From assembly GCF_009914755.1 (NCBI RefSeq), contig NC_060926.1: a stretch of 64,000 bases of DNA. The stretch is one strand, 5' to 3'. The notes below the pieces were generated by a model that did no database searches, had not been told where the DNA came from, and saw nothing but the letters and a program-made list of their open reading frames with translations. Below are positions 14,901 to 30,098 of the stretch, piece after piece; position 1 is the stretch's first letter; every line of letters begins with the position of its first letter. This DNA comes from the human T2T-CHM13v2.0 reference genome, Homo sapiens. The translations under genes were made by a program, and so were the position numbers.

Positions 14901-15353
14901 ATATAGAATTGCAAGTATGTATGCAGTTCACATTTTACCTTCTTCTGAGTGCTAGGTAGTCTAGGCCTTAAGGTAACATTTAAACTCACTTTGGACACCT
15001 TGTAGTAGAAGTGTCATCTCGATCCTCTCTTCACTCCTAATAACTTAAGGTAGTAAGTACAACTTAGTGGTGATGGAGATAAGATTTGCAAGCTCTGATA
15101 TCCCCAGAGTGTTCAAGAAAAGACTCTATTAGTGAAAAGCACATTTCTACAAACATACACTCACCTACATAGATGCATGTGTACACACATGCACGTACAC
15201 ATGCACACCACTCCGTGAGGACAGTATAAAAACATCAATACAAGTAAAATGGAAGGGCCTTGAAATAAAGAAAATTTACCCCTTGACCTCAGACTATATT
15301 ACATATAATATCATGAAAATGCTGCTGACTCAATGCATTTAGAAAACATCTAG

Positions 15354-15632
15354 GGCAGCACTATCCAATAGAAATATAATATGAGCCACAAACATAATGT
15401 TACATTTTCTACAAACCTCTAAAAACAAAAAGAAATAGGTAAATTAATGTTAATAGTATAACTTATGTAACTCAATTCATTCAACATGTTTTCATTTCAA
15501 CATGTGATTAATGAAAGAAAAAACATTTGAAATCTGGTGTTTATTTTATATTCCTAAAACAACTCAATCTAGGCTCGTCACATTTCAGGTGCTCAGTAAC
15601 TTCTAGTAGCCACTGGTTTGGCAGGCAGATGT
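15354..15632. mobile_element. MER33-like hAT-Charlie element
   Basis: CAGCACTATCCAATAGAAATATAATATGAGCCACA...AAATCTGGTGTTTATTTTATA...CACATTTCAGGTGCTCAGTA. Confidence 0.7.
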
Positions 15633-15640
15633 AGGTATAA

Positions 15641-15802
<162 letters not shown>

Positions 15803-16542
15803 TGAAAGTGCAAATCTCAGTGACTCACTCAGTAAAGTATACAGAACAAGAGTATAAATAACAAGTGGAATAACAAGTCAAACACTCTGAATAACCATTG
15901 TAAAAAAATGTCCCCAGAGATCTTTAAGGAGTCATTACCAGAAACTGGTAAGTAGCAGAACACTAATGCTTAAATTATTTGATCTCTTGGTTAGGAATAT
16001 ATTTAAAATCCTCTGGACCTGTGGCTGTCAGCACAGTGAATTTCTTAACATAATGATGTTTTATTTCTTTCAAAACAAGTATGGATATATCATTAAAAAT
16101 GAATCAACTTGAAATGTACCTGTGTTTCTTTTAGCAAGTCAAATGAATAAGAGGTCAAAAGTATTATATAACAGAAGGTACCTCATTTTTGGGGCACTCA
16201 AAAGGCTTTTATTGAATCTGTGCTTATTCAAAACCTCTAAATGCTATGTTGAGAGATAGAAATGCATTGAGGCATTTAAGTGAGCAATGTGCTGGTTCAT
16301 GTTTTTCAATTCACATACCTCAACATGATCCACTTATCCTTTGGACACATACAATGGTAAGTGTACTAAATAAATTATATTAGATTGCTAAACCTAATAT
16401 TTATAGTAGGTTGGTACTGTGTGCAGACTTGTTCCTCAATCCATACAGGTGTTCTGGAAAATGCATTTTCCTTGATAAATGGCAGCATAGTAAAAGACTA
16501 TTATATTACATTCTTTTTATTTTCTCCTAAACAGTTGCTTAA

Positions 16543-16740
<198 letters not shown>

Positions 16741-17879
16741 TAGTTAACTAAACATCAGATACACAACCTTACTTTCCTCAGCCTTGGCTTCTGAGGACAT
16801 TTTTATTAAAACCATATGCTGAACCATATTTATATGCATAAAAGCTTAATGGAAATTCTACGTTTACTTGCAATATGGTGGCAGAGGTTAAATAAAACCT
16901 CAGCTACACTTTCCATACTTGAATTGCCTCATTAGACCAATAACTATGAATTATAATGATCAATTTGCTTTTATGAGTCATATATGATTTTGAACAAAGA
17001 ATAATGAATTAAGCATAGCTAAAAAGTGCAGTTTACTTAACATAAATGTTTAAAACAAGGATTCATGAACCAGGGGTTAGTGAGAATACTAATACATATT
17101 TTTGGTGTTGAATAAATTTAAATAAATGATTTATATCTTAATTTCTTCCAATAAGTGTTCTTCCTGCAAACTGAGAACTTTTTACCTCCCATTGTTTTCC
17201 CTCTAATAACTGCCATGTTAATTGGCATAAACACAGATATAAAACTACCTAAACTCCTGAGACAACGGTGTTGCATGTTATTCTAAAAGCACTGATATTT
17301 TCAGAGATGTTGACTTTTTAAATAAAATGTTTAATTAAAAACATATATAAAACAGAGTCAGTTCCAGCAGTAAATAACATTCCTAGAGAAGTGAGATATC
17401 ACCAACCCTCTGCTGACAGAATAGGTAAGTAATGTAAGTCACACAGCAAAACTACAAACTTGAAATATTTCCATAAATTGATATTATAAAGTTCAATGTT
17501 ACGGTTTAGTAGTGGAAAAATTTAAGTATGGTAGAATATAACAAGAATTTCCCCTTCAGTTTAAATGTCTTCTCAATAACTTACATGAGAAAGCTTGCCC
17601 ATGCCTTAGCGTCTCCTCGACTCCAATCTACCCTTAGAGACACAGGCTTAGATGTGTACCACATGGGACCAGTTGAAACTGTTGGACCTGACTGAGGCTG
17701 TTGAGGCAGCTGGGAGATGGAAGCTCCCCATAAAGGTGTGCACTGCCCCGCCTTCAGCACATCCAATTTCATCCCGCAGGTTAGTCAGGATTTTTTTGAT
17801 TGCCAACTATAAAAAAGAGTGACTGTTGCCGAAACAAGAGTATTTGATCGTTATAAAATACAGCAAGAACTAGGTGGGG

Positions 17880-18180
17880 GGCCGGGCGCGGTGGCTCACG
17901 CCTGTAATCCCAGCACTTTGGGAGGCCAAGGAGGGCGGATCACGAGGTCATGAGATCGAGACCATCCTGGCCAACATAGTGAAACCCCATCTCTACTAAA
18001 AATACAAAAAATTAGCCAGGCGTGGTGGCGGGCGCCTGTAGTCCCAGCAGCTACTCAGGAAGCTGAGGCAGGAGAATGGCGTGAACCCGGGAGGCAGAGC
18101 TTACAGTGAGCTGAGATCACGCCACTGCACTCCAGCCTGGGCGACAGAGTGAGACTCTGTCTCAAAAAGAAAAAAAAAGA
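17880..18180 (+). mobile_element. AluY
   Basis: Full-length Alu with GGATCACGAGG and GAATGGCGTGAACCC diagnostics; TSD AACTAGGTGG. Confidence 0.92.
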
Positions 18181-18609
18181 AACAACTAGGTGGAAAATGC
18201 TGCACTTCTCTGGTGCTGGATAATAATACTCCACATCCACTGCTGCTCTTATGTTCTAATGATATTATGTGTAAAACTACACCTCCCTTTCCACCTGACT
18301 CTCATTAGCTGAGTTGCATTGGGCGCTTGTTTGCCATTGCTTTGAACACCAAAAAATGTTAATTTTAAGAACAAATTACCTGCTGAGGTATCAAAAAAGG
18401 AGTGGGCTGAGTATATAACAAAATACAAAATGTTCACTCATTGAGTAAAGATCAACTTATATAACAGAGCCCTGAAGAAAGAATAGAATTAATAAGCAAA
18501 TGCTTCTAAAGTATTTTGGAAATATAAAATATAGTAACGAAACTGTGAACTTTGTTATAATTAGTTTTGTATATATGTGTGTCTGTGTTTGTGCCTGTAT
18601 TACAATATA

Positions 18610-18927
18610 CAGTCAGCTTAAGGATGTAGATGCATTCTGAGAGATGCATCAGCAGGCAATTTTGATGTTGTGTGAACATAGAGTGTACTTACACAAACCG
18701 AGTTGGTAGCGCCTACTACACACACAGGCTATACAGTATAGTCTATTGCTCTTAGGCTACAAACCTGTGCAACATGTTACTGCACTGAATACTATAGGCA
18801 ATTGTAATACAATAGCTATAATGTCACTAAGCAATAGGACTTTTTCAGCTTCATTATGATTTTATGAGAATTTATGTATTTGTGGTTCATCATTGATGGT
18901 AACATTATTACCTAATCCATGACTACA
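18610..18927 (+). mobile_element. Tigger3-family MITE
   Basis: CATTCTGAGAGATGCATC...GAGTGTACTTACACAAACC...GGCTACAAACCTGTGCAACATGTTACTG. Confidence 0.75.
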
Positions 18928-19022
18928 TATGTAAAATATGTTATTGTCTGTATCTTTCTAAACACTCACATATATCAAACAACATATATAAAAACATTGC
19001 TGCTATTGCTTGAACTCTTTGG

Positions 19023-19039
19023 GAGAGAGAGAGAGAGAG

Positions 19040-19081
<42 letters not shown>
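19023..19081. repeat. (GA)n(GT)n compound microsatellite
   Basis: Direct run in intron 4. Confidence 0.97.
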
Positions 19082-19083
<2 letters not shown>

Positions 19084-20730
19084 GTTACTTACTGGGTACT
19101 ATGTACATTATTTGGGTAATGAAAGCACTGAAAGTCTAAACTTCACCACTATGCAGTATACCCAGGTAACATCATTGCACCTGTAATCTTTAAATTTACA
19201 CAAATAAAAAGTAATAGTTGGATTTAATTAAAATTTAGTGTTTATTACAAATAATTTGATATATTCAAGAATATATAAGATCTATTACCACCTTTCTGTG
19301 AATGTGTATAGTTCGCCATTGAAACATAGGAGAATCTTAAACTATCTTCTTGGTAGAAATTGACATCCTACAACATTTTGAAGAAATGTGTATTTACACT
19401 TCTAACAGCTCAAGTTCAGTGGATTTTCATAACTTTGCAGGATACTTATTTTATAGCTTCATGAGTAGACTAATATTTCCTGGTATACCTCAAAGTATCA
19501 CTTTGTTTTACTTACAATTGATTTAATTTTTCAGAAAATATTTTAGAGAAAATTTTATCTCAATTTTAATAGTGATAATGGAGAAGTGATTGACGTCTCT
19601 AATATCTCTGAGTTACAGTTAAGTGACAGCATCTACTAGGACCCCAAATCTTTGAGATTTTAGTCAGCTAATCTTTATTTTATAATTGAACTTTTCATAA
19701 TTCATGGTATATAGCTTAGAAGCGTTATTAAAGTGGAGAACTACACACAAAAAAAAAGAACGACAAAGTGTTGGAAGTAAAGTTTCGATTCGAAGTAAAT
19801 GATCTCAGGAAAAAATAACTTTTCAAATATCTATAAAACAATAACTCAGTCAGTTATCTGAAGTCACTCATCTATAATTATCTCTCATCCTTGTCTTCAT
19901 TCTCCAACTTCTTACTAGATTTTTCTTTTCAAGGGATCTTTACTCTGGAAAATAATTCTATTTTATCACCATAGCAAAACACTGAAAAATATTTCTTACT
20001 GATATTTTGGATCAACACATCTTATATTGAGATAATGTAGTTTCATCTCCAGTGGGTTGCATATACTACTAGCATGCCAATTGAGGAATGGGGGTAGGGT
20101 GTAAGACAACTCAGCTGGCTGCAACTGATGATACATAAAATCACAGATCCATTACATGTATGCATTTAATAATGTGACATGTAAACTGTATAGTTTTGAG
20201 AACAATAGGGAAAAGGCTACTAAAGCAACAAGTGAATTATGAACTGTCAGTCCAAGAACCACAGCGGCCCAAACTGGTCATACCTCAATATGTTCAGTGG
20301 AAATATAGGGACCAACAAACACAATAAACAATGTTATAAAGAGAAACATAAATTTGATTTCTAAGAGAAGTTTAAAATGTTGATGATGAAAATTACTTAA
20401 AAATATGATATTCAAATCTTAGGCTCTTCAGTATACTGGTATCCTAGGAGCAGGACTGGTATGTTCTACCAATTAAATAAAAGAAGAGTGATCTGTCGCA
20501 AATTAAAGAGGGAGAAATTGATTAATAACATTTACCAATTTGATAATTTGTTCCTACAAATTTTTCTCAATTCTTTGCTGCCTTAACCATTTGTTAGCTA
20601 TCAAAGCCTAGTAGGGGGCAGAGTAAATGCAAAATGGCAAATGAATGTCAATTGTAAAATGTGGAAATGGGTGATCATGTTTCTCAGAAAGCCTTGTGTT
20701 TTTCATAGATGTGACTAATGACGTTTGGTA

Positions 20731-21071
20731 ATGTAATGACGTTTTGGTCAATGATGGACTGCATATATGACAGTGGTCCCATAAGATTATAATAGCATAT
20801 TTTTACTGTTACTTTCTCTGTTTAGATATGATGTGTAGATATTCAAATAGTTACCATCATGTTACACTTGCCTACAGTGTTTAGTACGGTAACAATCTGC
20901 ACGAATTTGTAGCCCAGGAGCAATAGGCCATACCATGTAGCCTAGGTGTGTAGTAGGTTACACCATCAAGATTTGTGAGTGAGTACATACTGTGAAGTTG
21001 CACAACAGTGAAATCACCTAACAACACATTTCTCAGAGCACATCCCTATTGGTAAGCAACACATGGCTGTA
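20731..21071 (-). mobile_element. Tigger3-family MITE, opposite orientation to the copy at 18.6 kb
   Basis: GGTCCCATAAGATTATAAT...GCCTAGGTGTGTAGTAGG...CACATTTCTCAGA...CATGGCTG. Confidence 0.75.
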
Positions 21072-21341
21072 TTTGATTGAGTCAGAGTTCCAGATAGTGA
21101 AATTATTTTGAGTTCTTGTAATGTAATTAAATTTCTCAGTAATTCAGGGTCTTCTATAACCATACCATGGATCTGTGTGTCCTCCAAATAAATAAGTTAG
21201 CAAACCAGTAATTTCAGAAAGAAAAAGTATGTATCTCACTGAATTTATTAAGATATACAAATTTCAATATAAAAATTAACTTTAGGTGTTTTCATCCACT
21301 GCATTTCATATGACAGAGAGAAAAATGTTGTTTATCACTGA

Positions 21342-21605
<264 letters not shown>

Positions 21606-24029
21606 TAAAAGGTAATGTATTTTATACTAACTCATTAAAAATGAGTAGAAATATTATTTTCCCTCATGAGTAATACATACTAAGTCACATACATGAAATT
21701 TCAAATTTCTCCATAAATTAATTAGATGAAAAACTCGTCATTTTGATAAAATTTGACAGAAAAGTGTGCTCTCCATTGGACTGTTAGAAAGGTCTAGGTC
21801 TTGCTTTCCTTAATGCCTAGATTTGATGGAAACTTATGCATGATCTCCTTTTAGTATTTAAGGCAATCCATTTCCCTCGGCAGAGATAACAAAATTCAAA
21901 CCTTAGTGGTAACTTGTACAAGTCTCCCTTTACGTTAGTTGGTGAATCCTAAGAATGCTCATAAGACATAGAAATGATCCCATTGGAAAACTGTGGATTT
22001 CAAATATTAATCATCACTATTTGTGGTCTAAAAACAAAGAAAATTCTTAATTATATAAGGCACCAGAAAGATTTATTATCTATTGTTTTTATTATAATTA
22101 TGAGACATGAGTATTATTAGTATTATTAGCACTATATTAAAAGCACTTTTGTGTGTCTGAACATATTTTAGTCAATGTTGAAGAAATGTGAAGAGTACAG
22201 TTATGCATATAATATTCAATACCTAAGATGTATCAAAAGAAGAATAAAAACTGGTGTGTCCATGCTGGGCTAGGGTCATCATAGGTTCATGTACATTATC
22301 TCACCATACACATATATTATCCCAGTTGTAGATTCTTTAGGGGCAATGCCCTCCTGCAAAGGCCACAGACTGAGCAACCTAACACTAGAGATCATGATTC
22401 ATTTTCCCAAGGATGGTTAAGTACTCTTGATTCTCCTCATCTTTATTTATTTATCTTACAATTTAAAGCATTTCATTATATTTTACTTTTGACACTAGAC
22501 ACTTAGAAATTAAAAATGAAGAAGTAATCTCATGCCCTTCTCTCCTTTTTATAAACTTTCCATCATCTCTAATAATATCCTAGAGGAAAAATTGTAAAAA
22601 ACAGACTACAATTAGATGTGCAGTTTAACTATAAATTTACATACGCTAGCAAAGATTATAGTATTTTCTCTTTTCTCCTTAGACATTTTATTTGCATTTC
22701 ATGGAATTTCGTCCATTCATATTGTAACTGAATATGAGAATATTTAATTTGCTCAAGGACTCCCACTATTTTGTATTTAAATTACCAAAATTAAGTGGAC
22801 CGTGCTGAAATTCTGATTTTTCCTTAGCATCAACATAAACTTCCAGAAATAAAATAGGGAACATAGAAATAAATCCCTCTTCAGAATGTCAGGAGCCAGG
22901 TTGGTTTGGCAATGACAGCTCTCATAACTGATGCACTAGGTATTCCAAGAAACACAACCCCAGGGAATGAACCTGTTATTGATGATATATGTGATTTCTC
23001 ATTGCTTTGTATGAGACTAGAACTTAAAACCCACGGGTGCATAAATCAAGTATGCAAGTGTAAAGATGACAGTGCAAATATGTTAGAATATTTTTCCTGC
23101 CACAAAATGTAGCCAAATTGATAAGGAATGGAGTTCTGTTGGTTACTAGAGAAGGCCCTATTGAATTGGTTGAATAAAAGACTAAATAATGTTGTTTTCC
23201 AAACTTTAATTGCTGTGTGAGCATACATAATTAATCAACTTACCCCTTAGACCACCTTCTTTTCTCAAATTCTCTAATGTCATTGATTTTATCATCACCC
23301 CTGGAGCTCCAAAACTGTAAACTTGAGGTTTTTCTTTTCATTTTCCCTCTCTCTGACCTCTCTCTCCTTCTTGTAAGGGTTGTTGGCTCACTCTTCATAA
23401 TCCTTTTTAGTACCGATATTTTTTCATTCCCAGTGTCACTGCTTTACTTCAGCCTTCATCTAGGTGGAATTGAAATCACCTACCACTTTCCCTGACTCTT
23501 CCTTTTCACTAAACTCACCATTCATGTCTATGTTATTAAATTTCAGAATAAATTCCACTGAAAACTTTTTAAGACTTAAAAGAATTTTTTCTAGCTTCCA
23601 GTTGCCTGCAAAAACAAAATACAAATCCTTTAGCTTGCAATTTGAGTTTTCTCCACACATCCATCTTTATCTCTCCCATTTCCCCAAGCTACTCCCTTGC
23701 CAGCAAAGCCTGTCACCAACAGATGTGGGTGCGAGTGTACACGCACACACACACACCCCATTTATTCTTCTCCTCTTTGACTTGCTCCATCTAAACATCT
23801 CTTCCTTCAATTCTTTATTCTTCTACCTGTTAGTATTGGGCCCATCTTTGAAGGCTTATATGTCACCCATGTATTTCTCAATCACATATTTTCTTATTAC
23901 TTTAATGAATGGATATCTTTCCCTTAAGGAATGGATATCTTTCCCTAATTCACAGAAAACATAAAAGTGTGTGTGCCTACACACACTTTTATATGGATAT
24001 ATATTTCAAATATAATTTTTAAAAAATTT

Positions 24030-24642
24030 TTATTTTATTTTGTTTATTATTATTATTTGTAGAGACCAGGTCTCACTGTATTTCCCAGGCTGATATTGAA
24101 CTCCTGGACTCAAGCAATCCTCTAACAGTGGCTACCCAAAGTGCTAGGATTATAGGCATGAGCCACTGTGCCTGGCAGTTTCTTTTTCTTTTGCGACAGG
24201 ATCTGGCTCTGTCAGCCAGGCTGGAGTGCAGTGGCTCAATTACCACTTACTGCTGCCTCTGCCTCTCAGGTTTAAGCAATCCTCCCACCTCAGCCTCCTG
24301 AGTAGCTGGGACTACGGGTGTGCACCACCACATCTGGCTGATTTTTGTATTTTTGGTAGAGATGGGGTTTCACCAAGTTGCCCAGTCTGGTCTAGAACTC
24401 CCGAGCACAAGCAATCCACCCAGTTAGGCCTCCCAAAGTCCTGGGATTACAGGCCTGAGCCACAGTGCTCGGCACCATTTATTTATTTATTTTTTAATAC
24501 AATTCTTTTTTTTTTTTTTTTTTTTTGAGATGGAGTCTTGCTCTGTTGCCCAGGTTGGTATGCAATGTCCAGTCTCGGCTCACTGCAACCTCTGCCTCCA
24601 AGGTTCAAGCAATTCTCCTGCCTCAGCCTCCCAAGCAGCTGA
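24030..24642 (-). mobile_element. Cluster of antisense Alus: monomer (~24030-24176), AluJ-like (~24181-24475), partial Alu (~24506-24642)
   Basis: Three T-tailed antisense Alu segments. Confidence 0.88.
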
Positions 24643-24787
24643 GAAATACAATTCTTTATTAGAACTCAAGTTTGTGTTATCCAACATTTAACAGAAGAGG
24701 AAAACAAAAACAATCCACATCCCTCCCCTCCTCCCCCCACCCACACACAAGGGGATATATATCTCAATAGCTACGTATCTATTTATG

Positions 24788-24877
24788 TATGTGTGTGTGT
24801 GTGTGTGTAGATAGACAGTCAGAGATAGATAGATGATAGATAGGTAGGCAGATAGATACATAGATAGATTGACAGAT
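24788..24877. repeat. (GT)n followed by imperfect (GATA)n
   Basis: Direct runs. Confidence 0.9.
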
Positions 24878-24971
24878 ATTTCAAATATAATATTTTCTTC
24901 CTAGAGGTTTTATGTTGCTGCTGCTATAGTTTGTATGACATGGTATAATCAAGCATAGAAATAGTCAATGT

Positions 24972-25290
<319 letters not shown>

Positions 25291-25477
25291 TTATTTTAAT
25301 TCATCTAAATCAGTATTTTATGGTGCCCAACAAAAAACAGAGAACATGATTTCCGATCCTTCTCTGTCTGAACTAGAGGAACTACTGAGCTGTGCAGTGT
25401 GTGAGGTGTACAAATCTTGCATATATCAGACAGTTGAAAACCATCGCCTAGGGCTCCAGTGTCACTTTCTGTTGCAG

Positions 25478-25621
25478 TGGATCAGCGTCCCCTTTGCATT
25501 GTCACATCCTGCAGTCGCAGACATCGGGTTCACTGCTGTGCATGCCAAATACCAAAAGCCGTGGCTGGGAACTGTTGACTCATCTGAAGTCTACTCTTGG
25601 CTTGATAGTTTTCTGTTGTTG
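25478..25621 (+). CDS. SLC5A7: SLC5A7 exon 6, c.598-741
   Basis: TTGCAG|TGGATC; encodes WISVPFALSHPAVADIGFTAVHAKYQKPWLGTVDSSEVYSWLDSFLLL; donor TTG|GTAAGT. Confidence 0.97.
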
Positions 25622-26316
25622 GTAAGTAATGCTCTTACCTGAAGAATGTGATTTAATTGTTCCTAAAATCAAATTTGTTTTCACGATTTTCATATTCATA
25701 GTAAAAAAATGTGCTTGTGGGCTCATGGCCATTTCTGAATTGAGGACTCTCTATCGGGAGGGTGGAGCCAGGGCCGGACTATCGTGGCTGGCAGTGTCAG
25801 GGTGGAGAACAAATGAGGCCCTGAGGGGACAGCATAAGGTGTTCTGGGTGGTGGGTCCTCATTTCCGTTGTGATGTAAGTCAAGGAATAACATGCCCTAC
25901 CCCCAGGACTTTCCCCAACCTGAAGGCAAAACCTTGTAAAGGCTTTATTTTGTGTTTTGAATTAAGGCATGAAACCCAACTTATGAAATAAGTCTCTCAT
26001 TCACTCTTGAATTACAGAGTAAGTGAATTAGTAGTGCTAGAGGCCCTAAGTGAGGCAGGTTGGAAAGGGACATGTCACTCAGGAAAGATGCCAAGAGAGA
26101 GGCCCTCAGGAGCCAGAGGAAGCTTGAAAACAGGCAGAACTTTGGGGCAAAGGTGCAGGCACTTTGAGGAGGACATGGAAGAGATAATGGCCGATCCCAT
26201 TGAGGCAAGAGGGAACAACCAGAAGAACTGACCAGATTTTACGACTGTGCTAATTAGAGGAGTTAGGCCTGAAAATAACACACTGTATTTGATTTCAACG
26301 TAAGAAATCAATTATG

Positions 26317-26443
26317 GCAGAGTGTGGTGGCTCACCCTGGTAATCTCAGCCCTTTGCCAGTCTGAGGTGGAAGCCTCACTTTGAGGCCAGGAGTTTGAGA
26401 ACAGCCTGGACAACATAGCAGGACCCCATCTCTATAAAAAAAA
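26317..26443 (+). mobile_element. FLAM/old Alu left monomer
   Basis: GGCAGAGTGTGGTGGCTCAC...GAGGCCAGGAGTTTGAG...CCCCATCTCTATAAAAAAAAA. Confidence 0.8.
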
Positions 26444-27361
26444 ATCTTCTTAAAAAAAGAAATAGATTACTTTTTCTATTAAGCTTAAAGGGAAATTGGT
26501 TATTTTTGTTTTCTCTGTAGAAGGTTGGCAATATTGTATGACTTTGTGATCGTGGCACATGGCTGAATTCTAGCATTACCTCAACACTCAAAGTGACTGT
26601 GTCTTTTCCAGTTAAAATTTTTCAAGTAAAGGGCAGGAAAATATGGCAAAAATATGTTTCCAGTAGTGGACTGGAGGGCTTCTTTGCCTAAGGATTGTTG
26701 AGAAATCTGTTGGCTCTCTTTTTTCTGGTATGGCTTAAAATCATGAACTGAAGGAGTAAGAGTAAATATGTATATGTAACTATACCTGCATAGTAGATGT
26801 GCTTATGGTTACATCATAGAGAGGATGAGACTTAGAACAATTAAGCAATTTGTCAATAATCACATCATTGTCTGAGTTAGAGATTGATATAGAATATTAA
26901 GACCTCAAAGTCCTTTCCCCTACAGCACACTTTAGTCTTCAGACTATTCATCTTTAAAATAAGACATTTTGTAAAGTGATGGCTAAATTTCTTCCAGCTC
27001 TAAAAAATTATATGACTTAGTCATATTCATGATTCAAATTATAAGACAAGTTAAAATGAAGTAGTACATGTTGAATAAATGAATGAACTATAGAAATTGG
27101 CCTTGAAATGTTGCATCAATGGTCTTGATCTTCCAGTGGTCTCTCCTACATCCCCTATGTGAAGATGACTTGTCAAGTCCTGCTAGTGATACTGTCAGTG
27201 TATCTCCTGGTCACACTTGGAACCTTCCCACTGTACCCATGTTTGCTCTCTATTAGGTAGACTGCATTCCTTACCTGGTCTACTCTGATAACCCCCACTC
27301 ATCTCTCTGATGGCAGCCTGCCCACCTCTTACTCTCCCATGCCCACTTTCCATATTACTAC

Positions 27362-27726
27362 CTACTTTAGTCAGTTTGGGCTGTTGTTACAATTTACCAT
27401 AGACTGGGTGATGTACAAACAGCAGAATATAATTTTTATAATTCTGGAGGCTGGAAATCTCAGACCAGGGTACCAGCATGATTAGGTTCTAAAGATGGCA
27501 GTATTCCAGGTTGCAGACTGTACACTTCTCGTTGTGCCCTCACATGGTGGAAAGAGGGTGAGAGAGGTCTCTGACCTCTTCTTAAAAGGGCCCTAATCCC
27601 ATAATGAGGGCTCCACCCTCATGACCTGATTATTTCCCAAAGACCCCACTTCTGAATAGTATCATGTTGGGATTAGAGTTTCAACATATGAATTTTAGGA
27701 GGACAAATATTCAGTCCATTGTATCA
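27362..27726 (-). mobile_element. MLT1A-type MaLR solo LTR
   Basis: TACCATAGACTGGGTG...TTCTGGAGGCTGGAAATC...GAGGGCTCCACCCTCATGACCT...TTTCAACATATGAATTTT. Confidence 0.8.
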
Positions 27727-29136
27727 TGAGAGCTTCTGTTTGTAGATGAAGTCAGACTTTACCCTACTTAAAAACTTCTGATGACCTAAATGTCCAGGGT
27801 GATGAATATGTAATTTATGATGTATCAATCCATTCAAGTCATTGACATGCAAGATGTTAATGATATATTGATAAAACAGGTCACAGAATGAAAGGAAAAG
27901 GTTTTGGAAGAATATAGACTTCAGGAATGGGGTTATGAATTTTAGAATTTTTTCCTTTAATTACTTTTGAACATATATGGCTTTTATAAGAAGGAGATTG
28001 TTATGGTATCTATGTTACAGACACTCTGCTTAGCCCAGGTGAGACCATGATAAGACAGACGTCCCCAGAACCCAGAGCCCAGTGAGAGAGACAGGCAGTT
28101 AATGAAACCTTAATACATTGTGCTATGGCAACTCATTTATCAATTCATTCATTCATTCATGTGACCAATATTTATTGAATATTGACTTTATGCCAGAAAG
28201 AGAAGTAGCAGTAATCTAGCCAAAAGTATGCTTCCAGCTTCTCCTCCAACCACTCCCTCACTCACCTCTCATCATACCAAATACCCAGTGGTCTCAACTG
28301 CCTGGTCGCTGTCATTATTTTCTTTTTTCCTATTAGTTTCTCTCTCAGGTACTCTCTTCTCCCTCCATCTCCACCTGTGGAAATGCTCTCAAAGCCTATG
28401 GACAATCTGCACTTCATTTCTGCAGGTTTTCCTGTTAACATGCAGCTACCCTTTCTCTCTTCTTACCACCTTTTTCTCATCACAAATAATTAATGGTTTA
28501 TCATTTTAATTCCCATACAGACCTCTTTATATCATGCAACAAATTGCATTATAGTTTAAACGTTTTTTATTGTATATGCTCAATAAGAAATTTAAGCACA
28601 TTCCAATATAGGTATGTATATCTATCAGTTGCTTATATATTCTGTACTAACGTATGATGTAAATCATTTAATAAAAGCAACCATACAATATTTAGGTACA
28701 AAGTAAAATTAATATACATAGAAGTTCTAGTATTTATTATTTGATGCCGGCTGTATTGCCTTGAGCACTCTGCAATGCTCACTGCGGAAAACACCACATA
28801 CATTGACTCTCATAGTAGAAAGTAAGTTCCAGGGAAAGACCATGCCTTATTCATGTTTTTGCTCTTACAGCCATTACATTGCCTGGCACATGATTGGAGT
28901 GTATAAATATTTTTGGGTTGCATTGATTCAGGTTAAATGTCATACTTTCAAAATCTTAATTATTTTCTGAGAATATTTTATGATGGTTAGAACCACCAGA
29001 TGATAACAAATTGAAGGCCTCTGGGGTAGTTTAAATACAGTTCAAAATAGGTAAATTAATGAAAAGAAATAATTGCTGTATGTAATTATAGAGAAAACTT
29101 CAGGAAATTCTGCATAATTGAAAGTTGATGATACAT

Positions 29137-29475
29137 TGTCTTAGTTCAGTTGGGTAACAAAGCATCATAAACGGAGTGGCTTATAAACAACACAGATTTA
29201 TTTTTCACAGTTTTTCACATGGCTGGGAAGTCCAAGATCAAGGTGCCGGCAGATTCACTGCCTGGTGAGGATTCGCATCCTCATAGAAGGCACCTTCTTG
29301 CTGCCTCCTCACATGGTGGAAGGAAAAAAACTCCTTTGACTCTCTTTTATAAGGACTCCACCCTCATGGGCTAATCATCTCCCAAAGTTGCCAACTTGAT
29401 ACCTAATACCATCACCTTGGGGATCAAAATTTCAATGTATGAATTTAGGGGGAACATAAACATCAGATCATAGCA
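29137..29475 (-). mobile_element. MLT1A-type MaLR solo LTR
   Basis: TGTCTTAGT...GGCTGGGAAGTCCAAGATCAAGGTGCCGGCAGATTC...CATAGCA; near-TSD TACAT/AACAT. Confidence 0.85.
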
Positions 29476-29590
29476 AACATAATGATACTAATTGATATTT
29501 GTGGCTACATGCCACATTTTTTTTACTACTTCTAAGTTGTACTTAGGCCTATTCTAAATGTGATTGCAATAAAACTCTTTAAAAAAATGA

Positions 29591-29917
<327 letters not shown>

Positions 29918-29942
29918 TAGCATTCAGTAAATCGTATTATAG

Positions 29943-30098
<156 letters not shown>

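Noticed and set aside
23464-23964. 166-aa intronic ORF
   Set aside because: Phe/Leu/Ser-rich translation of pyrimidine-rich L2-like sequence
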